Part shown: in pieces, positions 8,416-18,900 of the stretch
Position numbering within the stretch: the stretch's first letter is position 1
Layout of the letters: every line of letters begins with the position of its first letter
Source of the DNA: an uncultured Elusimicrobia bacterium
Lineage (GTDB): Bacteria > Elusimicrobiota > Elusimicrobia > 2-01-FULL-59-12
Length of the DNA: 64,000 bases
Direction of reading: 5' to 3'
NCBI GenBank assembly: GCA_963702895.1
Contig: OY969767.1
Location: forward strand, 2,336,001 to 2,400,000
Notes under the pieces: model-generated
The model's database searches: none
Told to the model about the DNA's origin: nothing
Seen by the model: the letters and a program-made list of their open reading frames with translations, nothing else
Position numbers and translations under genes: made by a program

Positions 8416-10185
8416 TTATTCTCCGGAGGTTGCCACCGAAAACACCTCTTCGAGCGTCGTGACGCCCAGGGTGACTTTCATCAGACCATCCTGGAAGAGG
8501 CCGCGCATGCCGCCCTTGAGCCCGAGTTCACGAAGGGGGCCCGCCGCCACCTCCGTCAAACAGAGAGCCCGTATTTCGTTATTGACCACGAGCAGCTCAT
8601 GCAGAGCCGCTCTCCCTTTATAGCCAGTCAGATTGCATGTGCCGCATCCCCTCCCTTTAAAAAACGTAGCTTTGGAAATATCGATTTTATTGTCCTCAAA
8701 GACTTTCAACATTTCGGGGGGGGCCTTCAGGGGCTCCTTGCAGTCTTTGCAAACGCGCCGCACGAGGCGCTGCGCGAGCACCGCCTCGATGGCGGAGGCG
8801 ACCAAAAAGTTGGGAACACCCATCTCATGAAGCCGCGCCACGGCGCTTGGCGCATCATTGGTGTGAATCGTGGAAAAGACGAGGTGGCCGGTCATGGCCG
8901 CCTCCATGGCGATCTGCGCTGTCTCTTTGTCTCGAATTTCACCGACCATCACGATATCAGGGTCTTGTCTCAAAAACGCACGCAGGGCGATGGCAAAATC
9001 AAAACCAATTTCTTGATTAACGTTGACCTGCACAATTCCCGGCAAGTTATATTCGACCGGGTTTTCCGCCGTGAGGATTTTCATGTCCGGCGTATTGATG
9101 GAGTTGAGCGCCGCGTAGAGCGTCGTGGATTTGCCGGACCCGGTGGGACCGCACACCAGGACCAGCCCATAGGGCCTCTGCAGGATTTCCTTGAAGCGGT
9201 TCAACGTATCGGGGAGGAACCCCATCTTGCCCATGTCCACCTGGATGGAGCTGCGATCAAGGACGCGCATGACGCAGGCTTCTCCAAAAACGGTGGGGAC
9301 CATGTTGACTCGAAATTCAATAGGATTTCCTCTGGCCGTGACCTGGATGCGACCGTCCTGGGGTTTGCGCCTTTCCGTAATGTCCATCTGGTTGGTCATG
9401 ATCTTGATTTTCGCGATCAGTGCATTGCGATAGGGGTAGGGGAGCGCGAACGGCGCCTCTCGCAGGGACCCGTCAATGCGATACCGAAGGACAAGCTTCT
9501 TCTCAAAGGGTTCGATGTGAATGTCGGAGGCCTTCTGCTGCAGCGCGCCCAAGATAATCGCGTTGACGAGCTTCTCGACCTCCGGCGCGTCTGCGGAGAC
9601 TTCTGCGACATCCGCGAGTTCCTCTTGGATGCCGCCGACGGTCAGCTCATCCGAACCCGATCCGCTTGCGCCTGCAGCGACGCCCTTAATAATGTCCTCG
9701 ACACTGACATCCGCGGTGGCCGCCGAGGTCGAGACGCCATACGCCTTGTCCAAAAGAGCTCCAATGTCGTCCGGGAGGGCCAAATACGGCTGGACCTCAA
9801 AGCCGGTCCTGAGCTGGATGTCCTCGACGGCAAAGAAATCGCGGGGATCCACCATGGCCACAAAAAGGACATTTTCTTCCTTGGCAAAAGGGGTCGCCTT
9901 GTGGCGCCTGGCGGTCGCCTCGGGAATGACTTTGACCACATCCAAATCGACCTCGATATCCGTGAGATTGACCGCCTTGATGCGCCATTCCTCGGAGAGC
10001 GCCTTGAGGACAACCGTCTTATCCAGTATTTTTCGTTTCACCACCGCCTGCTGAAGGGTGATATCGCCTTTGCGACACTCTTCCACCGCCGGCTGAAGCT
10101 GGCTTTCTGTCACGAGCTTCCGACTGAGGAGGATCTCGATGACGCCTTTCGGGTTCGAGGCGCCTTTGGGAGAGGGCAGAGACAT
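8416..10185 (-). CDS. pilB: Type IV pilus / T2SS assembly ATPase (PilB/GspE family)
   Basis: ASDIHIEP, PQDGRI, GPTGSGKST, LRQDPD..GEIRD, TGHLVFSTIH, tetra-Cys motif. Confidence 0.93.
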   Translation of the reverse strand: MSLPSPKGASNPKGVIEILLSRKLVTESQLQPAVEECRKGDITLQQAVVKRKILDKTVVLKALSEEWRIKAVNLTDIEVDLDVVKVIPEATARRHKATPFAKEENVLFVAMVDPRDFFAVEDIQLRTGFEVQPYLALPDDIGALLDKAYGVSTSAATADVSVEDIIKGVAAGASGSGSDELTVGGIQEELADVAEVSADAPEVEKLVNAIILGALQQKASDIHIEPFEKKLVLRYRIDGSLREAPFALPYPYRNALIAKIKIMTNQMDITERRKPQDGRIQVTARGNPIEFRVNMVPTVFGEACVMRVLDRSSIQVDMGKMGFLPDTLNRFKEILQRPYGLVLVCGPTGSGKSTTLYAALNSINTPDMKILTAENPVEYNLPGIVQVNVNQEIGFDFAIALRAFLRQDPDIVMVGEIRDKETAQIAMEAAMTGHLVFSTIHTNDAPSAVARLHEMGVPNFLVASAIEAVLAQRLVRRVCKDCKEPLKAPPEMLKVFEDNKIDISKATFFKGRGCGTCNLTGYKGRAALHELLVVNNEIRALCLTEVAAGPLRELGLKGGMRGLFQDGLMKVTLGVTTLEEVFSVATSGE

Positions 10186-10186
10186 C

Positions 10187-10543
10187 TTAATTCACGTCCT
10201 TCATTTCAATTCGGTCGCCCACTCGGGTGCCTGTGCGCGCGAGGCTTCCTTCCGGCAACTCGAGGGCTCCCGCGCTCCTCCAGTAGACGCGGGAGAGCCG
10301 CCAGGGACGGTGCGTTTGTCCTCCTAGCACGGTCCCTTGCCGGTCTAAAAACAACACATCGATGGCATAACGCATGAGGAAGGTATGGACGGATTTACAC
10401 GGACTTACATACATCCCTTCGCCTTCACCCAGCGATGGGGTGGACAAGAGACCGATCGCGCGCTCCAGAAGAGAAGTCGCGACACGTATGTTCCGCCCAA
10501 GATCGACATTCCGGGTGGCATTCCGAACGGAGATATGCCTCAT
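10187..10543 (-). CDS. DUF192 family protein
   Basis: RAIGLL...SVHTFLMRYAIDVLFLD...ALELP..GDRI pattern. Confidence 0.85.
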   Translation of the reverse strand: MRHISVRNATRNVDLGRNIRVATSLLERAIGLLSTPSLGEGEGMYVSPCKSVHTFLMRYAIDVLFLDRQGTVLGGQTHRPWRLSRVYWRSAGALELPEGSLARTGTRVGDRIEMKDVN

Positions 10544-10611
10544 ACAGGGCCTAGTTTACAGGGGTAGAGGGCAAATGCAATGGTTTTTTCGCGATAAATG
10601 AATGTGTTATT

Positions 10612-10792
10612 ACAGCAGAATAGGCAGACCAGCAGAAAAGCCAAGACAGCAGAATAGCCACCATCTCTCCATGCAGGAGCAACTTTTTGTCATTGAGCAT
10701 CTTCCGCCGTGATGGTATCTCCGCTGTCTAGGCTATTCTGCCTTACTGGCTATTCTGATGTTATGGCTTTTCTGATGTTCTGGATTGTCTGT
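10612..10792. repeat. Intergenic inverted tandem-repeat element (about 15-16 nt units)
   Basis: CAGCAGAAWAG(G/C)C x3 on the left, GGCTWTTCTG x3 on the right, with a core of about 70 nt. Confidence 0.8.
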
Positions 10793-10801
10793 CGTTGGTT
10801 C

Positions 10802-11614
10802 TTACTGGGAGTGTTCGCTGACCTGAACGTCTTTTCGCAAAGGGAGGCTCAAGCTCACCGCCTCGAGGAGCCCGGACGCCAGGGCCCCCCCGTAATAGAT
10901 CCACCACTGGTTCGGGACCTTAAAGAAGACCAGCACGCCTGTGAGCAGCATGGACACCGGAAAGGCGAAGACGGCGGCGGACAAATAATAGAGCTTCCGG
11001 GGCATGTTATCGTAGACGGCCCCTTTTTCTTCCGGATAATGGCGGGCATGGCGATAGACAATCACCCCAGCGAGGAGCAATAAGAAGACCGGGTCAATAA
11101 AGCGTAGTACAAAAACGATCGACATGAGCGCTTTGGCGTGAGGGTCTTCCGCTTTAAACCAGACCCCATCGTACGCGGGATAATTGCCCAGGCGGAAAAT
11201 CTCCACCGCCCCTCCCATGGCACGGGCGTTCAGGGTGACAAAGACGATTCCCAAGATAAATCCGAGGGTGAAGATCCCCGCGACGAATTTACGAGGAACG
11301 CGCTCGGAGCCGAAGCAGAGGCTGATCATGGCGACGAAAACCGCCGGGGCAAAGAGCGCCATCATGCAGAACTCCCGCAAACTGTTGATGACCAGCGGCA
11401 TCGGGTGCGGTCCCAGCAGGATCTGAAGGGGACGGCTGATGAGGTAGGCGCCAAAAAAAGCGAAGCCCCAAGACGCTCCCTTGTAGGTTTTTTCTCCCGT
11501 CACAAGGATCCGCATCGGAGCGATGTGAGAAGTGTAGCGCGCCAGCCCAAAGAAGGTGATGCCCGCGCTGATCGGAAGCGCGACATTGGCCAGGACCAGC
11601 CAAAAATCTCTCAT
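10802..11614 (-). CDS. Uncharacterised multi-pass membrane protein (about 7 TM)
   Basis: About seven hydrophobic segments; start overlaps the glyS stop. Confidence 0.75.
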   Translation of the reverse strand: MRDFWLVLANVALPISAGITFFGLARYTSHIAPMRILVTGEKTYKGASWGFAFFGAYLISRPLQILLGPHPMPLVINSLREFCMMALFAPAVFVAMISLCFGSERVPRKFVAGIFTLGFILGIVFVTLNARAMGGAVEIFRLGNYPAYDGVWFKAEDPHAKALMSIVFVLRFIDPVFLLLLAGVIVYRHARHYPEEKGAVYDNMPRKLYYLSAAVFAFPVSMLLTGVLVFFKVPNQWWIYYGGALASGLLEAVSLSLPLRKDVQVSEHSQ

Positions 11615-13740
11615 GCCTCGACCTTCATTCCTGATTGTTGTAATTTGGAAAAATCCGCGATCTGGCTGAAGAGGCCCACCAGGCGCTTCATGAGCGCTAA
11701 GCGATTGGCGCGCAGGGCCGGGTCATCGGCCATGACCATGACGCCATTAAAAAATCCATCCAGAGGGTCCCGCAAGGGCACCATGGTCTCCAGCGCCTGC
11801 CGGTAAGCTTGCTGCGCGAGGTGCCGGGACACTTCCTCTCCTGCAAACTCCATGGCCTCGTACAGCGATTGCTCGCACGGCTCCCGAAAGAGACTGGGTT
11901 GGATGGGAACACTTTCCGCGCGCTCCCCGCCCTTAAAAGCTTGACGGACGATGTTCATGCCCCGCTTAAACGAAACCGATAAAGGCTCAAACTCTTTTTT
12001 CTTGCGAAGTTCATGTAGAGCCTCCAGCCGCGCGATGGCTTCGGGCACGAGACCCACGCTCGTGGAGAGCACCGCGTCAATCTCATCACTCTTAAAGCCC
12101 CGCTCTTCCAGAAGGGCAGAAAAACGCTGGAGCATGAAGATTTTCAGTTTTTGTTGGGTATCGTCCGATTGGCTTTGGGCATGGGCTGGCTGCAAACCGA
12201 CGCTCTGCTCCACCAACCATTCCAAACGCCAGGGCCAGCGGGAAGCTTCCAAGATCCTGAGCACCCCCACGGCTGCTCTTCTCAATCCATAAGGATCCGC
12301 CGATCCAGAAGGGATGAGTCCAACGGCAAAGTCGCCTGCCAGAGTGTCCAGCTTATCCGCCAAGGCCACGAGCGAAGCGATGGGAGACGAGGGCAGCTGG
12401 CTGGTGAGCGTCATCGGATGGTAATGTTCCTCGAGCGCCCGGGAGACCGCCGCGTCTTCACCATCGGCCTCCGCGTAGAGCCTTGCGACAACGCCCTGAA
12501 GCTCGGGGAACTCGCGCACCATATCGGTCACCAGATCCGCCTTGCAGAGGTCCGCCGCCCGAAGGGCCTTCGCCAGGTCCTCCAGCCCGCCCGCCGCTGA
12601 GGAGAACGCCTCGATGAGTTTTTTAACTCTTTCTTTTTTGTCGAAGAGATGCCCTAATTTTTCCTGGAAGATGACGCCTTTCAAAGCTTCCACGCGGGAC
12701 GCGAGCGTCTGGCGCCGGTCATGGTCATAGAAAAAGCGGGCGTCGGCGAGCCGTGCAGCCAGCACCCGCTCATAGCCCTCACGGACCATCTCCTGGTGGA
12801 CGGACATCCCGTTACGGATCCCGACAAAGTGCGGCAGAAGATGGCCGCCCGAGGCCTCTTCGACAGGAAAATACTTTTGGTGGTGTTCGAGACACGTCAC
12901 GAGAACTTCCTTGGGAAGCTTTAAATAACCCGCTTCGAAATTGCCGAGGATGGCCACAGGATGCTCGACCAATTGGGTGACCAGCTCAAGCAGGGGCTGC
13001 GACATATGGACCTTCCCGTGGATACGCTTCACCGTCTGATCCGCCAAGCGACGGATGGTCTCCCGGCGCGTTTCGGATTCTACGAGAACACACTGGTTTT
13101 TGAGAGTCATGACATATTTGGACGCTTGCGTGACTTGCACCTTCTTGGGGGCCCAGGGCCCAAGGCCGAGCGTCCAGCGTGCTGAACGTACGCCCGCGAG
13201 CGCAAACGACACAAGATCGGGTCCATAGAGGGCGCAAATCCAACGGATGGGACGCGGGTATCGGAAATTCGAGGGTTCCCAGACCATGGACTTCGGAAAT
13301 TCGAGTTTCGTGATCCATTGGGGAAAAAGATCAGCGAGGAGCTGCCTGGCGGGAACTCCTTTAAGGTGGAGCACGGCACTCACTTTGCCATTTTCGATTT
13401 GGAGCTCGGAAGGTTTGAGTCCCTGCTTGCGCGCAAAACCGAGAGCGGCCGGCGACCATTGTCCCTGCGCGTCCTGCGCAACCTGAACCGGCGGTCCGGA
13501 GACACGCTTTTCTTGGTCCGGCGAGCGATCGGGAAGGCCATGAAGAACGACCGCAAGACGCCGCGGTGTCCCAAAAACTTCAACGCGGTCATACTTCATC
13601 CCGCTTGCCTTCAGGGACTCTTCTGCGAGTCGCGAAAGTTGCTCAAGGGCCGGCGCGATAAAGGAAGCGGGGAGCTCTTCGGAACCAATCTCCAATAGGG
13701 CATCCGACGTGCGACGTCCGAGGTCTGGAGCCTTGGTCAT
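11611..13740 (-). CDS. glyS: Glycine-tRNA ligase beta subunit
   Basis: [47 protein letters not shown]. Confidence 0.97.
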   Translation of the reverse strand: MTKAPDLGRRTSDALLEIGSEELPASFIAPALEQLSRLAEESLKASGMKYDRVEVFGTPRRLAVVLHGLPDRSPDQEKRVSGPPVQVAQDAQGQWSPAALGFARKQGLKPSELQIENGKVSAVLHLKGVPARQLLADLFPQWITKLEFPKSMVWEPSNFRYPRPIRWICALYGPDLVSFALAGVRSARWTLGLGPWAPKKVQVTQASKYVMTLKNQCVLVESETRRETIRRLADQTVKRIHGKVHMSQPLLELVTQLVEHPVAILGNFEAGYLKLPKEVLVTCLEHHQKYFPVEEASGGHLLPHFVGIRNGMSVHQEMVREGYERVLAARLADARFFYDHDRRQTLASRVEALKGVIFQEKLGHLFDKKERVKKLIEAFSSAAGGLEDLAKALRAADLCKADLVTDMVREFPELQGVVARLYAEADGEDAAVSRALEEHYHPMTLTSQLPSSPIASLVALADKLDTLAGDFAVGLIPSGSADPYGLRRAAVGVLRILEASRWPWRLEWLVEQSVGLQPAHAQSQSDDTQQKLKIFMLQRFSALLEERGFKSDEIDAVLSTSVGLVPEAIARLEALHELRKKKEFEPLSVSFKRGMNIVRQAFKGGERAESVPIQPSLFREPCEQSLYEAMEFAGEEVSRHLAQQAYRQALETMVPLRDPLDGFFNGVMVMADDPALRANRLALMKRLVGLFSQIADFSKLQQSGMKVEA

Positions 13741-13790
13741 GGGGCGAGGGCCTCGGACGTCGGACGTTGGACATCGGACGATTGGACGTA
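13703..13790. repeat. Inverted heptamer (TCGGACG) arrays straddling the glyQ stop / glyS start
   Basis: tccgacg tgcgacg tccgagg ... cctcggacg tcggacg ttggaca tcggacg; encodes the GlyQ tail and the GlyS leader. Confidence 0.85.
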
Positions 13791-14612
13791 AGCCTGAGCG
13801 ACGGCGCAGGCGAGCGCCCGCACGCGCGCGATATAAGTGACACGCTCTGAAACGGAGATGGCCCCGCGCGCGTCGAGCAAATTAAACGTATGGGAGCATT
13901 TCATGACCTGCTCATAGGCAGGCTTCACAAGACCCGCAGCCAGCAGGCGTTTGGACTCCCGCTCATAATTCGTAAAGCTCTGGCGCAGGAGGTCCACATC
14001 CGCCAGCTCAAAGTTGTATTTCGAAAACTGTTTTTCATCTTCCAGGTGCATTTCCCCATAGGTGGTTTTGGCCGTCCAGAGCACGTCAAAGACGTTATTT
14101 TTCTTTTGGGAGTACATGGCGAGGCGCTCCAGGCCATAGGTGAGCTCCACTGAAATCGGGTCAAGCTTGACTCCCCCGATTTCTTGAAAATAGGTGAACT
14201 GCGTGATCTCCATGCCGTCCAGCCAAACCTCCCAGCCCAACCCCCAGGCGCCCAGTGTCGGAGATTCCCAGTCGTCTTCCACAAAGCGGATGTCGTGCTG
14301 TTTGGGGTCGATGCCGATCGCCCGCAAAGAGGCCAGGTAGAGCGCCTGGACATTTGAAGGAGAGGGCTTCAGGATCACCTGGTACTGGTAATAATGCTGG
14401 AGGCGATTAGGGTTGTCGCCATAACGGCCATCGGTGGGACGCCGGCTGGGCTCGACATAGGCCACTTTCCAGGGTTTGGGGGTCAGGCACTCGAGGAACG
14501 TCGCGGGGTTGAAGGTCCCGGCGCCTTTTTCGATGTCGTAAGGCTGCCACAGAAGGCATCCCTGCTTCGCCCAGTATTTATGAAGGGTCAGGATGATGTC
14601 TTGAAAGGTCAC
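13737..14612 (-). CDS. glyQ: Glycine-tRNA ligase alpha subunit (GTG start)
   Basis: [50 protein letters not shown]. Confidence 0.97.
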   Translation of the reverse strand: MTFQDIILTLHKYWAKQGCLLWQPYDIEKGAGTFNPATFLECLTPKPWKVAYVEPSRRPTDGRYGDNPNRLQHYYQYQVILKPSPSNVQALYLASLRAIGIDPKQHDIRFVEDDWESPTLGAWGLGWEVWLDGMEITQFTYFQEIGGVKLDPISVELTYGLERLAMYSQKKNNVFDVLWTAKTTYGEMHLEDEKQFSKYNFELADVDLLRQSFTNYERESKRLLAAGLVKPAYEQVMKCSHTFNLLDARGAISVSERVTYIARVRALACAVAQAYVQSSDVQRPTSEALAP

Positions 14613-14719
14613 CCCACCACCTCTTTTCCAACCCTTGATCGCGCAAGCGAGCAAGGCCCGGTCGCGACGGCGACCGGGATTCGCTCCCGCGAATGTTGCA
14701 AAAGAGGTGGTGGGGTCAT
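14609..14719. mobile_element. 104-bp MITE-like palindrome with TGA duplication at the recO/glyQ junction
   Basis: 17-bp perfect inverted repeat ACCCCACCACCTCTTTT; removing the element plus one TGA restores ATGACCTTT. Confidence 0.8.
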
Positions 14720-15375
14720 ATTTCAACTCCTGCCAGCTGTCTAAAACGGTTCACGTGCAAAGGTCGGGCCAGATGATCCGTGACGGTTGCCCCGGCCAGA
14801 TGCTCTACGGCCGTGAGCGCGGGGCCCTTCCAATTTTCCCGGGCCAGCACTTCCAAGGGAGCGTTTTTGAGCGCGCCCGCCCAGATCGGGTGCTTTTCCT
14901 CCAAATCCATCCAGGAGTCCCGGTGATCTAAACCCAGTCCCGCCGCCGCCAGAAACCGTACCGCAAAGGCCAGGCGCAGAACCCCCAGATAAGGCGCCGT
15001 CGTCAAAGCGTTCAATGTCTCTTTCAAGAGCGCAAACTTATCCGGACTGGGCTGTTCTTCGGGGGTGAGCCGCTGGACCACTTCGCAGACCCAGGACGCC
15101 GCCGTCGTGCGCGCCACTTCCGTACGAAGAGCGGGGTAGCTGGAGACCATGCGGCCCCCGGTGATTTTCCCCCACCCTCGTCCAGGCACAAGATAAAGCG
15201 CGAGATCGCTTTCCACAAAAGGCTCTGTGAGCGCAGAGAACTTGGCGGTGGCGCGCGCAGCACTGGTCGCCTTGGCCGTCAAGCGGCCCATTTCACGCGT
15301 AAAAAGCCCGACGATTTTATCCGCCTCGCGACTTCGCCGGGACCACAACACGACCGCACGCACATTATGAATCAT
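14716..15375 (-). CDS. recO: DNA repair protein RecO
   Basis: AVVL...[18 protein letters not shown]-terminal motif; position upstream of glyQ. Confidence 0.9.
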   Translation of the reverse strand: MIHNVRAVVLWSRRSREADKIVGLFTREMGRLTAKATSAARATAKFSALTEPFVESDLALYLVPGRGWGKITGGRMVSSYPALRTEVARTTAASWVCEVVQRLTPEEQPSPDKFALLKETLNALTTAPYLGVLRLAFAVRFLAAAGLGLDHRDSWMDLEEKHPIWAGALKNAPLEVLARENWKGPALTAVEHLAGATVTDHLARPLHVNRFRQLAGVEI

Positions 15376-15900
15376 ACTCTTGAGAGAGAGTGTGCCATAT
15401 CTGGCCCTTGCCCTTCCAGCCCATCCAGCCAATCCCCGATTGACTTCCAGAAAGTTATGCGCCACGCTCATGCCTGTGAATCGCATTTCCCTTAGCTTTG
15501 TCTTCGGTTTAGGGATCGTTTTTCAGGACGGTCTTGATCGGATGAATGATCGTTTCGGCTGGCTCCCCTCGTCGGCCATGGCAAACCTCAGCTTCATTGC
15601 TCTGCAGTATGTCTTTCTTCTCATCTCAGGCTTCAACAGACTCCAAAATTCTCCCGCTTCTTAATCCCCAAGGAAGGTCGAAAGGGGTCTGACCCCAAGC
15701 GATATTCCCCTACCAAAACGACACCCGTCGATTGCGCGAACGGGGGTGTTCGGGGGATGTTCCTAGGTTGGTCGAAGGGCCTATTCAAGACAACAAAAGA
15801 CCCATATCTTTTTGGCCAAAAGGCATCTGGAAAGCGTCTCATAATCCGCCTAAAATTAAGTACCTCGAACGCGCGCGCATTACGCGCGTTCGATGTATCT

Positions 15901-18900
15901 ATGCAAAGATCGCTCCTACAGTTTGTGGCCCTGGTGCTCGTTCAGTGTTTCCTGCTCGATCCTGCCTTGGCGCAGGTCTCGCCTCTAACTCCGGGCGTCT
16001 CACTGTCCATGCCCCAAGAGCTTTCGGTGATTGAGCACCAAGCGATTACCGCGCCCTTTGCCTTTTTTTTCCGTCGAAATAGGCTCAACGAACCAGCGGC
16101 TATCTCGCTCGTGGCTCAATTTCGAACCTACTGCGCGTCCGCCGTTACGCGAATTCGTCATTCTCCGAAACCGCGGACATCAGCTCCAGCGGAAGATCCT
16201 AGAGCCCGCCTGCATACGGCGTTTGACACGCAGGACGAAGCGCTCTTTAAGCAGGCGCGGCGGGATTTCGACGAGCGGGGAGAGGGGCAATTGACGGTTT
16301 TTTCACTCCACCCGATTACCACCTGGGGAGGCTCCTCGGTTTTGACCGGAGCCGCCCTTAAGGATCAGCTGGAATCGATTTGCCAGCTCATTCCGGCCAC
16401 CAATCCATACAACCGCTTGCTGCTGCGTAAACTCCTGATCTCCATTCAGTTCTGGTCCGGCACCTTTGGGGGTCCGAAAAACGTGGGCGGGTTTATCATT
16501 CAGAAGGGCCAGTTCATGAACTCCAACGGGATGAACGAAGAGTCTCTGCGCCTTACGGTGCTCGGACCGATCCATCGATTTGTGCCGATTTATTTGTTTA
16601 GCGGCGGAAACAGCGGGTATCAGCCGGCTTTTCAATCCCACTCTTCAGGGATTGAAGTTATCATCCCCCTGGCCCACGATATTCGCGGGTCCAGGCCTCC
16701 GGACTGGGGCGCCGACGTGATCGACGTGTTCAGCGGCATCGGCGGATCGCGCAACCGGGTCGAGAGAATTTCCCTCCCCGATGGCCGGACCGCGATCCGG
16801 AAGACGACTCGGCTGGACGAAGAAGTGGTCCCTTCGAAACTCCGTGATGAAATCTCCTACATCCAACGGCTGCGGGCGGAAGGACTGACCACCCTGCCGG
16901 AGATCTACAGCGTCTCAGAATCCGAAGGCACGCTCAGTGTCGTGATGGAGGACTTTGAGCCAGAGGGATATTTTTCGGTCACCAACCTCTCCTACTTGAA
17001 TTCTGATCTGGAAACGCTCGCGATTTCAAGTTTGGCAATTTGGGATTTCGGGATGCATGTGTACAGAAGTCTATTGGACCCGCTCTATCGCCAGAACGTC
17101 GGCGAAACCCCGAGCGACTTTGTCGAGCGCTATCACCTTCGCAAGATTGATGAGCGCCTCGCGCAGGCTAGACAAAAAGCGCCAGTCCTGGACGAAATGA
17201 TCGATGCGCCGGTCGTCAGGGCACCGGGTATGTCGGGGGAAGAAGCCTATCTTCCCGGGTGGGCCGCGCTGCGCCCCTTTCTTGTCGCGATCGCGGGCAC
17301 CGGGCTATTGTCCCCGCCTTATCTTGCGCGGGATCATGGCGATCTCAATTTCGGTGATATCCTGATGGATCCTCTGGAGTATGCCCGCGATGGGAAATTC
17401 CAAACCTTTCGGCTGATCGATCCGAAGTATTACCCCGAAGGCAATGACTATCTTTACGATTTTGCCAAGCTCCTGCATCACTTTGTGTCACTATATGATC
17501 TCGGCCGATTTGATCCGGTTTTTGAGATGCGGGCCATGAACCGCGGGCAGTCAGGGCGCGTCCCTCATTTTAGGATCGAAGTGGATGACGAGGGCTCCAT
17601 GGTTCCCTTCCGCCTGAGCATGGAAATGCGCCAGCACTTTATTCGCTGGCTCGAGGGATCGCCTGACTTCTTTGGGTTGGAGCAGGGCGCCGACTGGAAA
17701 ATTCGTCTCCTGTTCACGGTCGGCCTTCAAATGGCAGGTTTGCCTCCTTTTCACCTGCGGCATAACGGCATGGAATCGCCTGCACGAACGTTCTATCTGA
17801 TCTCGCTCGCGTTCCTTTATCCGCTGGTCGATCTCATCCTGACGGGCGACTATGATCAGACCGTGCTGCGAAAGATCGACCCGGCCATCCGCTCCGCGTG
17901 GGTTCAACTGAAGATGCAGGTGGAAGAGGCCCGTGATGCGGATACACTAGACGATATCTTATCCTCCAAAAACCCGGTCCCCGCGCTGCGGGAGTTTCTG
18001 TCGAAACAGCGCCGCGCTCCCATGTTCATGCCGGCCTATCTGGGCCGCCTGGCGAGAGCTCTCTCGCCTGAACAGGTCGATGTTTTGAGCCGCTGTCTGT
18101 TCGAAATCGTGACCGGTCAATCACCAAGCGATTATGCCGCCGCCCTACCCGCTCCAGGAACGAGGCCCGCGAACCAATCGGTCTCGGAGGAGGGACTTCC
18201 CCGCATCGCCACGTTGACCCCCAATCCCGTCCTTGTCCTAACCGTTGATTTCAATCATTTCCCAGGCTCCGGTGCGTCGCGCGATACCAGGCCCATACTT
18301 CTTGAACCCAGCGGCAAAGCCCTCAATATGTCTGTGGAATTACACCAATGGGGCGTATGCCCGATAACTGTGGCGCCCGTTGGAGGGGCCATGGGTCAGA
18401 TCATCAGGACGCTCCTGGAATTCCAAGGGGTCGATACACGGGGGCTTGTACCGATTGAGGGCGAATCCCGGCTTTACCTGATCTTAGAGGCAAGCCCCGG
18501 AAATCATGTTGAGATCTTCGGAGCAGGGCCTCGCGTTCCCTCGGAGGTGCTCCAGCAGATGCGGGAGACACTCTGGGAATCCTTACAGCCGGGCGATTTC
18601 CTTTTGCTGGGAGGAAGCCTACCGAAGGGCGCTCCCGACGACTATTATGCGACGGTGATCCAGGAAGCCAAAGCGCGTGGCATAAAGACCTATCTCGATA
18701 CGCGGGGGGCGGCCCTGCGGCCCGCGATCGAGGCCGCGCCCCATTTTATCGGCGTCAACCTCCTTGAGTTTTCAAGCTACCTGGGTCATCCCTTGACGTC
18801 CTTGGAGGAAAACAAAGAGGAAATTCTTGCCGCGCTCAAACGGCTGGTGGCCCGCGGTACGGATATCGTGGTCATCAGTCATGAAAGCGAGGGGATGATC

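Noticed and set aside
8386..10377. 663-aa plus-strand ORF (and similar ORFs at 88-864, 2506-3600, 22481-23563, 46367-48049, 57482-58852)
   Set aside because: Antisense shadows of well-supported genes in GC-rich DNA; no recognisable motifs.
14613..14726. N-terminal extension of GlyQ from the ORF track
   Set aside because: The sequence is the MITE; the canonical MTFQ start is GTG 14612. Track starts for recO, ybeY, the HD protein, rpiB, argA, HAD, NlpC and IOR were likewise trimmed.
15480..15760. Small ORFs and a GGGGTCTGACCCC palindrome upstream of recO
   Set aside because: No convincing coding signal; a single REP-like motif with no transposase in the window.
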